Origin: Sphaerodactylus townsendi
Taxonomy: Eukaryota
Assembly: GCF_021028975.2 (NCBI RefSeq)
Contig: NC_059425.1
Span: forward strand, 189,038,001-189,102,000
Length of the DNA: 64,000 nt
Direction of reading: 5' to 3'
Shown: positions 37,721 through 48,005 of the stretch, one piece after another
Layout: each line of letters opens with the position of its first letter
Numbering within the stretch: position 1 is the first letter of the stretch
The notes under the pieces: model-generated
What the model was told of the DNA's origin: nothing
Seen by the model: only the letters and a program-made list of their open reading frames with translations
Database searches by the model: none
Made by a program: the position numbers and the translations under genes

Positions 37721-38349
37721 TTTAGGGCCATTGTTAAGACAATCTGGAGAGCTGCAGGTTGCAGACCCTGTTCCAGAGGGGGGGGATCTCCCAAGGGAGT
37801 GCCACCTGGAGTCTGGTATTATCTAGATTGGTGTACATTACAAATAATGACAACTTGCTGGGGAAGAATGAATTGTGTTAAAATATATATATATAAATTA
37901 GAGCCAGAGGCGGTATCTTGTTAAAAGAAAGGAAAAGAACCTGTCCTGGCTCTGAGTGCTTGCAGGAAATGCCTAACACAGTATTCTATTTTAATGAAAA
38001 TGAATTCAAACATCGAGCTATACCAGGAACCAACAACTCTTAATCAACAACATATTATGCACAACAACTTTAACAACACAACGAACAATGCTATACACAC
38101 AGAGAGGATCCTGCAAATATAATAATATAATATTAAAGTCTCTGCTGTAGATGGAGTAAGAGATCCCACTCAATGACGGCTTGAGAAGGATACCAATGTC
38201 TGATGTCTTTAAAAACTCAACTTCAAGAATTAGCTGTCCAGTGCTTTAAAATCTGCAGTTTCCTAGCCTCTGTGATCATATTCAGAGATTTGAGTAAGGC
38301 TGTTTCTCTTGGAGTGCAGACCTAGCCAGCAGACCAGGGTGCTTTCCTG

Positions 38350-38503
38350 CAGCAGCAGCAGCAGAAGTGCCATTATGCTTTCACATCCTGCAGTAAATGT
38401 GTGAGCTCTCTAAAGGCACCTGCTGGGCCACTCCGAGTAGCAGAGGAAGTGCTGGACTAGATGGACTCTGGTCAGATCCAGCAGGCTAGTTCTTACGTTC
38501 TTA
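38350..38503 (+). mobile_element. CR1 3' UTR fragment
   Basis: GCTGGACTAGATGGACTCTGGTCAGATCCAGCAGGCTAGTTCTTACGTTCTTA; reverse complement of the 30553 and 51350 copies. Confidence 0.8.
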
Positions 38504-39269
38504 CTTTGAGGGGGTTTTTTTACATTCTTCTCAACTTCCCTTTTTTTGCGTAACTCATTTGTTCCAATGAGATTCCTATACAATGAAATCCAGATGCTTT
38601 CTTGTTATCCTGGGAGAGAAAAGATGTGTATCTCCTGACTCTCACCTGTCGACCTTATGCTAAATACCCACCTGTCGAAGCAGCACAGCTTGAAAGCTTC
38701 ATTTTATCTCCCCAGAACTAAAACGAAGCTGTGTGCAAGGATAGTGTTGTGCTAATCACTTTTGTCCAACCATATTTCAGTTCTACAGTGTAAGCTTGTA
38801 TACAAACTTTTATTTATTTTGTTAATTTTACATTTGTTTTTGGTAAATTGTATATACCTGTATCTTTCAAGGTGGGACCATTACAGTTCTAAAGATTCTT
38901 ACAGGTCATCGATAGAAACAGTCAAATTTTACTTGTTTGGCGTGCTGCTAGATTGGAGCAAGTAGATAAGCTCTATCAGCTTTAGATAGTATCACTCATG
39001 CGTATGCCCTAACTTTCCGAAAAGTAACCTGCTTGACTGAGTAACTCCAAATTTTCAATTGAAAACACTTGGATTTAAGTAGACTAAGGTTGTAATCCAA
39101 TACTCACTTGGGAGTAAGTCCCTCTTAAATAAAGGGGGGACTTGCTTCTGAATCGTCATTCAGAAGAGTACACTGTTAATTTGCCTAGCAATTCCACTTA
39201 ATTTTATTGCAGATCAATTAATTGCATTCAAAAAGCATAATCCTGTGCAGACATACACTGTTCATTTTT

Positions 39270-39573
39270 AGGAGCAGCAGTGGCATAGTGGTTAAGAGCA
39301 GGTGCATTCTAATCTGGAGGAACCAGGTTTGATTCCCCCCCTCTGCCGTTTGAGCTGCGGAGGCTTATGTGGGGAATTCAGATTAGCCTGTGCACTCCCC
39401 CACACGCCAGCTGGGTGACCTTGGGCTAGTCACAGCTTCTCGGAGCTCTCTCAGCCCCACCAACGTCACAGGATGCTTGTTGTGAGGGGGGGAAGGGCAA
39501 GGAGATTGTCAGCCCCTTTGAGTCTCCTACAGAAGAGAAGCGGGGGGATATAAATCCAACTCTTCTTCTTCTT
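39270..39573 (+). mobile_element. Squam3-like SINE, full length
   Basis: A box TGGCATAGTGG, B box GGTTTGATTCC, CORE motif and (TCT)n tail. Confidence 0.88.
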
Positions 39574-40167
39574 CTACATACAGAGGAGGAGATTGTGAAT
39601 GCTAAGTACACACACTCCAACAACGAGGAAATCAATGGAACATCAAAATTCAACCTTTGCTGTAGTCTTCACATAATGTTGAAGGCTACAGAAAATCTGC
39701 AAACACAATGTGACATCTTTAATTTCTTCAGCTAAGGCAGGGTATTTTTTTTTCCTGTCAGGAATGCCTCCTTAGACTGCCTAGTTAACACATTCCAAGT
39801 AATTACTTTGATTTTGTTTTGTTTTGCTTCAATCTGCTTTGAAGAAGCATATTTTCATTTACTGAGAGAGCAAAGAATGTTTGTTGAATGTGACCGACAG
39901 CTGACACTCCATGGGGTTGTGAAGGTTTTTGCTGAACCTCATTATTACATCATCAATTATGTCAGCATGTGACAGAACATTGATAGTTTAGTTGAACTAA
40001 AATTATATTCATTTAACATCTTCCGATAAACAATTAAAAGTTTAAACCCAAACCATTGAAGGTAATAAAACATTTTCCTTTTGGTGGCGAGTAATCAGCA
40101 GAATGTGAAGGGCAAGCAAAAAAAAAAAAAGGATACAGGACAATCCTATGGTGGGGGCTCAATCTTC

Positions 40168-40463
40168 CAGCAGTGGCGTAGGAGGTTAAGAGCTCATGTA
40201 TCTAATCTGGAGGAACCGGGTTTGATTCCCAGCTCTGCCGCCTGAGCGTGGAGGCTGATCTGGGGAATTCAGATTAGCCTGTACACTCCCACACACGCCA
40301 GCTGGGTGACCTTGGCTAGTCACAGCTTCTCGGAGCTCTCTCAGCCCACCTACCTCACAGTGTGTTTGTTGTGAGGGGAAAGGGCTTGGAGATTGTCAGC
40401 CCCTTTGAGTCTCCTGCAGGAGAGAAAGGGGGATATAAATCCAAACTCTTCTTCTTCTTCTTC
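40168..40463 (+). mobile_element. Squam3-like SINE, full length
   Basis: Near-identical to the 3886 copy; (TCT)n tail. Confidence 0.88.
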
Positions 40464-40577
40464 AATCTTGTTGTGGGCCCATAGCTTTAAAAGCGTTCTC
40501 CCTGTTTCAATTTAAATTGTTACCTCTTGGACTAAAGCTAATTTACACCTTGATCTCATCTATTACATGCTCTTAGC

Positions 40578-40912
40578 CAGAGGTGACTGCCGAACTGGTA
40601 ACTAATCGCTGGAATCCCACCAGGGCGACTGCATGTCGGGCCGCGCTGCCAGCCCAGAGGCGCTGCGGCCCGATCAGCAGCCGGCCGGCCGAGCCACCGG
40701 CCGCCCCTACATCCATCCCCCCTCAGCAGCCACCTTCCCTTGCCTCACCCCTCGCCTCCCTCACCCCACCCCTCACCTCTTCCCTCGCCTCACCCCTGCC
40801 CAACATCGGAAAGAGGGCACAGCACAGCCGCCAGGCTGACCAAGTGGAGCAGTGGGGGCACGCAGCTGAGGCGGAGCGAACCGCTGGCTAGAATTTTAGA
40901 ATCCCACCACTG
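40578..40912. mobile_element. GC-rich hAT MITE
   Basis: CAGAGGTG...GAATCCCACCACTG; TSD CTCTTAGC/CTCATAGC (7/8). Confidence 0.75.
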
Positions 40913-41139
40913 CTCATAGCCTTTACTTACATGAGATTTGCATTTTCACACTTTTAAGGTTTGGTGTACTAGTCTCGTAAACTTCCATTGAGAGCCAGCA
41001 CGATATCGTGATTAGAATGTTGGACTAAAATGTGGGAGATCCAAGTTCAGATACCGGCTCTGCCATGGAAAATCACGGGATGACCTTGGGCCAGTCCCAC
41101 ACTTCCCTCCGCACCGACCTCACAGAGTTGTAGGGATCC

Positions 41140-42790
41140 AAGTGGGCCGCATTATGACAATTCAACATCTCCCAGTCCCACTTTATGCCATCATGTGGCC
41201 TTGTGTGCGCCCAGACCTATTTGCCTCCGAATGGTATCAACTTCTTAAATCAAAAATCTACTCTCTGGGTTTAATATTTGAAGATCTCTGTATGTTCTCA
41301 CCCAGAGAGATTCTGCAAACCTTAAAAAGCAGACTTCTAGAACAGGAATACCATATCTTGTTGGGCCAAGCAAATAAATCATGCTCACCCCTTTCTGTTG
41401 GATAGCCAAATATCTTGAACTATTAACTGAACCCCAACAGAGATGGATTATTACAAGGGCCAGGTGCAATACTTTTCCATCGGCCATTACAAAGGGTCGC
41501 TACCTATCTATCCCTCTCCAGGATCGGGTCTGTCCACACTGTAAAAACCAAGTGGAGACTCTTGCTCACATTATACTTGACTGTCCGAGATATGTGGGTA
41601 TTAGGAATTTCTCTCCTGGGCGGGTCTTAGACAAATCTGAAAGAGACTCTGACAACTCTGTTGTGGAGCTTTTGTTAAATAACACAGAGGCCGTGCTCTT
41701 GGAAAAAGTAGCAAAATTTCTTTTACAAGTGACAGAATTTTCTAAGTAACGTCCAGTGCTAGATACAGTTTACCGTATATACTCATGTACAAGTCGAATT
41801 TTTCAGCACATTTTTAATGCTGAAAAAGCTCCCCTCGACTTATATGCGGGTCATTAAATTTTTGTGTGTGTTTTTACTTTGCTGGCCAGCAGGGGGCGCA
41901 GTTTTTATGCTAGCGACACCAAATTTTCAGGGTACCCTCAGAAGACACTCCTGATGATACCAGCCAAGTTTGGTGAAGTTTGGTTCAGGGGGTCCAACGT
42001 TATGGACCCCCAAAGGAGGTGCCCCATTCTCCATTGTTTTCAATGGGAGCTATTAGTAGATGGGGCTACCCATTTGAGGGACCATAACTTTGGACCCTCT
42101 GAACCAAACTTCACCAAACCTGGCTGGTCTCATCAGGAGAGTCTCTTTATGATACCAGCCAGGTTTGGTGAAGTTTGGGTCAGGGGATCCAAAGTTATTG
42201 ATCCCCAAAAGGGTGCCCCATGCCCCATTGTTTACAATGGAAGCTAATAGTAGATTTTCCATTTCTGATAATATCCCTCTTAAAATCTAAGTTGGGTTAC
42301 ATTTGGACATACAGATGATGATGAAGAATCCAGTTTTGAAGGATTTTAACTCTTGTGTTTTAGCTTGGTTGCTGATTGAGCTAAGGTTTTTGTACTTTTA
42401 AAGTTATTGTTGATACCATATTGTTTTTGTTGACCGTCTTTTCCACTTACAGAGCCAGTTTACTGTTTTTCTTTGAAATAAATATTCAAAAACATTTAAC
42501 CTACTGATGCCTCAATTGATGTAATTTTATTGGTATCTATTTTTATTTTTGAAATTTACCAGCAGCTGCTGCATTTCCCACCCTCGACTTATACACGAGT
42601 CAATAAGTTTTCCCAGTTTTTTGTGGTAAAATTAGGTGCCTTGACTTATATGCAGGTTGACTTATACACGAGTATATACGGTATCTATCTGTGTTTTGAA
42701 TGTACTTTTGATTTGAACTTCAGAAATGTCTGTAATGCTCTGGAGCCTATTTTAATATGCCTAATAAAGGTTGTTGTATTGTATTGTATG
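41140..42790 (+). mobile_element. RTE-X-like LINE 3' end, split by a Tc2-like MITE
   Basis: ORF 41381-41749 contains RVCPHC...VETLAHIILDCPRY, a CCHC zinc knuckle. The tail TGCCTAATAAAGGTTGTT(GTATT)n lies at 42758-42790. Confidence 0.75.
41773..42681. mobile_element. Tc1/mariner-superfamily (Tc2-like) non-autonomous element
   Basis: TA TSD; TIR CCGTATATACTCATGTACAAGTCGA...TTGACTTATACACGAGTATATACGG. Confidence 0.9.
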
Positions 42791-42960
42791 TGTCCTTCTT
42801 GCCTCAGGATTTTGAAATTTTTTGGATGCTGGAGATCGCCGCAAGGCTCAAACAAATGAGACGAAAATTGTCATCTAGTTCTGTAGAGGAACCCAAGCAG
42901 ATTTCAGGCTCTTGCAGCCTCAGTTTGCCTCAACGTAGGGAAGGGAAAGAAGATTTAACC

Positions 42961-43287
42961 TATGGTGACCAGTCGTCTGATTTCGTGTGGGACACTCACA
43001 CTTTCGCGTGAGTGTCCCGCGTCCCTCTCAGAGCTTATGCCATTGTCCCAATTAGGGGACAATGGCTCGCAGTGACACTGCCTTTTATGCGGTGGCGCTC
43101 CCCAGTCAGGAAACAGGGAAGGCCCCAGAAGGCACTCGCGGCCGCAGTGCCTTCTGGGACGCTTCCCCTGTTTCCTGACTGGGAAGCTTGCGCTGCCGCA
43201 GTGCAAGCAGTGCAGTGTGTTTGCCAAGTGGTGTGCGCTTATGCGCTCTCGCTTTTTTTTTCATTGGAAAAATCTGGTCACTCTTTA
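42961..43287. mobile_element. hAT (Blackjack-like) MITE
   Basis: TATGGTGACCAG...CTGGTCACTCTTTA; perfect TSD ATTTAACC. Confidence 0.8.
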
Positions 43288-45221
43288 ATTTAACCCTTTG
43301 GTGTCCATAGTGATGCTTACATTTGTGCCAGATCTGAAGCTCCTCTGCTTTGTTGTTACTTTATTGTAAAGGAAAAACAATGTTCTTGCTGTCTGCCTTG
43401 TTTCTCAGTGACTTGCCTTAGAGTTGCCACTCTATCTCTTTTGTGGAGCTCCCTTTATTGCCTAGGCAGCTGTCCTTGCCCCCTGCTGAGCTGTCCCCTG
43501 CTCATACCTGCAACCCTGAATTCTCTGGGCATAGAGGACCAACAGCACCTCGTATTGAATTTAACTGAAGTTAATTGGTGGACGGGAGCTGAGGGCTCCA
43601 TGTGACAGAAATGGTTGGTATATGGAAGATTGCAAAAAAATCTTTGTACACCCCATCTTAGGTTTAAGACCGGGCCCTTAAGGGAAAAAAAATAAAGGTA
43701 CAAAATGCTGATTGCTTTTTTAGAGAACAGGGAAACAAAACTTTTTTTTTAAAAAAAGGATTTCAACTATTACCATTTTTCTGTTTCCTCTTTCACTTTC
43801 ATCTGCAAGAACTTTTTTGACAAGACCTTTTGCTTCATGCCAAAATCCAGTCCATTAGGAATACACCCAAGTATTAACACTTTAAAACAACAACAACAAT
43901 AGACATTCTTCTATTTGGCCAATTATTTGGCATTGTGTGTCTGCAGTGCTGAAGGCTATACCTAATTAGATACTATCTTTTTGCCTTTAATGTGTGAGGG
44001 TTTATTTATGTAATCGCACCTTTATATTTGTCTAATAGTCAGTGATAAAAATGCTGGAATGACCTTTGCTGCTGTACTTCCCATGTTGTAATGACTGTAA
44101 TGCTCTTCTCCCACGAAGTTCTAGAAGCATAAATCAAAAATATATAGGGTTGACATGTTTTAATTGCTTAGCACTGGCATGCTTTTTTTAGTCAAAGTGG
44201 GGCATCACGTTGGCCTTCTTCCCAAGTAGAAGCAGTCTTGAGGAAGGACGGTTTCTTTGCAAACTTGTACTGTTGAGAACCAAGATAAGCAGTTTGTGAG
44301 GGTGTATTTTAACCTTGATTGTGGCATTCCTTGGCGTCAGCTTTGGCATTTTGGGGAATGTATATACCCAAAATATTTTCAAGAAACCAAATAACCGTGT
44401 AAGTCTATGATTTAGTTTTTTCCACAATAGGTAGCGGATTTGAGATTTTTTGGACGGCGTTCCCATTCTGTGCGAAAGCTCTTTCCTATTTAAGTACCTT
44501 GCAAGAAAACACTCCTCATCCTCCCTCCTCCGCAACATAAAAAACAAACAAAAAAAACTGGTTAAGAAATATTTTGTGCAAAGCGAGCCAAGGAGACTTG
44601 TCTTCTTTGTGGAATACACAAAGCTGAAAGAGCAAAATTGCCGGCATGTTTTGTAAAGTCCAGCTTTATCTGCTAATAAAATCCGGCTTGCTTGTAAATT
44701 GTTCCATTTTTATAGTTATCTCGACTCTTTGTTCTCGTAGTGTGGCTTCCGAAGGCGCTAGGATCCCACCTTCTGGCCCACACTGCTTTTGGAGAACTGG
44801 GAAGCCGTCTCTTGTTGCCATGGAGTGTTGGAATCAAAGGAAGCATAAGCATAAATTACCGGCTACACAGCAATAGGCCTTTAAAAGTCTTGTAAAAGCA
44901 CTTTTATTTTACTTGCCTCTCTCAAGATAGTTCTTGGCCTGTTATTCTGTGTGTGTATGGGCTGGAGATCTTGCTGCCTCCACATCCTTGGGAGACAAGT
45001 GCCCAAAGGCTAAGTCTGTACATAATGACTTGAGGAATGTGTGTGTCTTTTTCCAAGTTGTAGTGATTGTCAGAACTGACAGGCTGGGTAAGAAGGAATC
45101 TCTCTCTAACTGACACTCAAAGGATGCAGAATCATCTAGTTAGGAGTCAATTAAATGTTAATAATTTGTCTCCCATGAAATTCTTTAATGCTTTTTCTTT
45201 TCTTTTCTCTGATTTTTCCAG

Positions 45222-45405
45222 CCAAGCCCAATACCAAGTCCTGTTTTGGGGAGGAAGCCAAATGCCAGTCAGTCATTGCTTGCTTGGTGCAAAGAAGTTA
45301 CAAAACTACAGGAGTGAGAAATCCTGCAAATTTCCACTACCATCCTGGCCGTGGAGATGGATTATCTTTCTGTGCAATATTACACCACTTTAGGCCGGAT
45401 TTGAT
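45222..45405 (+). CDS. EHBP1: EHBP1 exon encoding the start of the CH domain (contains frameshifting indels, probably sequencing errors)
   Basis: Long polypyrimidine tract and TTTTTCCAG acceptor, then PSPIPSPVLGRKPNASQSLLAWCKEVTK...GLSFCAILHHFRPDL across frame changes. GT at 45406. Observed length is 184 nt versus 179 nt implied by the recalled human peptide. Confidence 0.93.
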
Positions 45406-46132
45406 GTATAAAAGTAAGAAATACGGGTCCCGTTGCTGCACTGGAAACTGGTTGCTCATTATTGCTGAAATTGAACATCCAACTTTACAAATCCAAGCTT
45501 GATTTCTGGGAAGAGCGCCCGTGGTTTTCCCATTTTTTAAAATGTCAGCCATCCCACGAGAGGGAGCAGAAATCCAGGATACATGCCCCATACTGTGGTC
45601 CCTACTGTTTCTACCCTCTGCTCTGAGTCCCCTTTCCTCTTTTCAGCCGTATTTTTTCTTCTGAACCCTCGTGACAAAGTAATAGGCTCCAAGGTTATTA
45701 TGAAAATTGTAAGCTAGGTTGAAATGAGATGAAGGCCCACTAAGCCAGAGTAGCTCTTTTTGTGCAATGACAACGGAGGATTACCTGCGTAGCCAAATGT
45801 GTAGTTGTCAGAGTTACCTTCAAGTACCCCTGCCTTGTGGGTCCCTGCCTTTTGAGGATGAAAAGCTTCAGGCAAGGAAAAGATGCGAGGCTGTGTATTT
45901 ATATATATATTTTTGATCGAGTTAACTTTTAATTTTCCACACTGGTTAGTTTTGCGTTGATTGCATTGCTGCAATATTTCTAATTCCTGTATGATGCTGT
46001 TTTATGTTGAGTTTCTGTTCCCCCCACCCCACCCCCACCCTGGATAGGGATATGGATTCTTTTTTTTTTAACTTGCTGCTTTTTATCAAGAATCCATGTC
46101 CATACTCAATGCGGTGCCGTTTCCTTCCCCAG

Positions 46133-46183
46133 TGATTACAAGTCCCTGAATCCTCTAAAGGATATTAAAGAGAACAACAAAAG
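46133..46183 (+). CDS. EHBP1: EHBP1 small CH-domain exon (contains indels)
   Basis: TTCCTTCCCCAG|T GAT TAC AAG TCC CTG AAT CCT CTA AAG GAT ATT AAA GAG AAC AAC AAA AG|GTAGG reads DYKSLNP(LK)DIKENNK(K), versus recalled human DYKSLNPQDIKENNKK. The phase-2 entry matches the previous exon. Confidence 0.92.
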
Positions 46184-46959
46184 GTAGGAACTGGTGAGGG
46201 GAGGCAGAGATTGCTTTGATTTTGGATCGCTGCAGGTTTTATTAATTTGAATGATATGAGGAATTGGCGGGTAAGGTCACTTCTAATCGTAGATCATGAA
46301 GAAGGTTTTGGAGTCTCCCGTGGCTCAAATTCTGGATACCTTATTGACTCTAGTTTGTTGTGGTTCTTTAACAGTTCACAAGAAGTGCCATATTGGCATT
46401 AGGGCCGTGGAGGAAGGAACCTTTTACATCTCCAGATATGGACTCATAGTTCTCATCAGCCCCTGCCTAATGTAAAGCCATGCTGGCAGGGAGCTGATGG
46501 GAGATTGTAGTCCATAACATATTGGAGTGCCAAAGGTTCGCCACCACAGCATTAGGGTTTAATGTTTATATCACTTGTGCAGCCCTCATCTCACTGGTCT
46601 AGATCTAACCTAATCCTCATCGAAGCTCGAAAGCTGGGCAGGCAAATGGGTCTCGAAAGTTAGTATTTGAATGAGAGACCACCCAGGAAGAACAAGTGAG
46701 CTGGCTTTGTACCCCACTTTTTCTACCTTTAAGGAGTCTTATAATCGCTTTCTCTCGATTTCCCACAACAGACCCCTTGTAGAGGCAGGTTGGAGCTGAG
46801 GAAGAGTCCTGAAAAGGAAGGAACTATGAGCCCTAGCCCAAGGCCCCAAAGCAGAGCTTCCCTCGCGTAGGACAGGGAAACAAATCCGGTCCACCAAGAT
46901 TACTGTCTGCTGCTCACGTGGAAGTGCGATGCAGGAGATCCACCCCAGTTTTCCAGATT

Positions 46960-47448
46960 ATTATTTTCTATTTTTTTTTGTTATTATTTATTAGGCTTTT
47001 GATAAACCGCCCGAACCCCCGAAGTTCTCCGGGCGAATGTACAATGAGACCATAAAACAGATAAGCAATATAAAGGTCTCATAAATACAATATAGCTGTA
47101 TAAAACATGAAAATACATGAAAAATACATGATAGCAGCAATTCCTAAAAAATTTCAGATGATAAAGAAATACATGTACACAGATATTGCAAATGCACAGA
47201 ATGGCGTAACCAAAAGCGGCCAGGAGGGCCAGCATTGCCCAAAGAATGGATGGAATCAGCAATCCAGGCCGAGGTGCTTTTAGAGATGGCAAAACTGTCG
47301 TGGGGGCTTCCAGAGGGGGCAGGCGGCGTCCTGCGTGCTGGCATCCCCAAAGGCCCTGAGTGGAAGATAACTTCGGTCTTACAGGAGCCCTCTGCGAAAG
47401 GAGACTTCGGGCCAAGGTCCCGCTTAAGGGCCCGGACAGCAGAATGAA
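46960..47448 (-). mobile_element. L2 3' end inserted in a minus-strand Squam3-like SINE (about 46700-47605)
   Basis: TTTGATAAACCGCCC...GGGCGAATGTACAA L2-type terminus; SINE sequence lies on both sides, with AGATTA at each junction. Confidence 0.6.
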
Positions 47449-47702
47449 GTAAAGATTAGAGGTTCACCGCTCAGCTGTAGAGGAGCAGGGAAACAAACCC
47501 AGTTCACCAGATTAGCATCCACGAGCTCGTGTGGAGGAGTGGGGGATCAACCCCAGTCTCCAGATTAGAGTCCAATCCGCTTCATTACACCACTACACCA
47601 CGCTGGATGCCTTGCCCAGGGTTGCTCCATGAAGGAAGTCAAGTATGGCAAACCACCTCTGAACGCATCACCTTGCCAGAAACCCCTTCCAGGTCCCACA
47701 AG

Positions 47703-48005
47703 GGCCCTTTCCCCACTTACCGTTTGCGGCGCGCTACTCTCAGCCCAGCGAAGTCATTTCTAAAATTCCGCTGGGATTAGGAAATGTTCCCCACTGCCCC
47801 GCTACGCTTCTGCTTGGAGTCACTCAAAAGGTGCCGCTTTTTTTCAGCGCCAGAAATGACGCTGCCAGCTGGAGGGGACGCTGAGCGGCAGAGTCAAGGC
47901 CCGACTGCGTTGTCGCCAGCCGGACTTTCGTGGGGAGTGCCGCTGGACCCCGCGCTATTTGGGGAGAGTAGCCGGCGCAGCAAGCGGGTAAGTGGGGAAA
48001 GGGCC
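47703..48005. mobile_element. CpG-rich Harbinger-type MITE inside a Sauria-type SINE tail
   Basis: TIR GGCCCTTTCCCCACTTACC...GGTAAGTGGGGAAAGGGCC. The flanks rejoin as GGCAAACCACCTCTG...GTCAGCTGTGACTAGACGG. Confidence 0.85.

Noticed and set aside
39270-39350. tRNA genes at SINE heads
   Set aside because: A/B boxes are present, but the sequences continue into CORE-SINE bodies and I see no intact cloverleaf.
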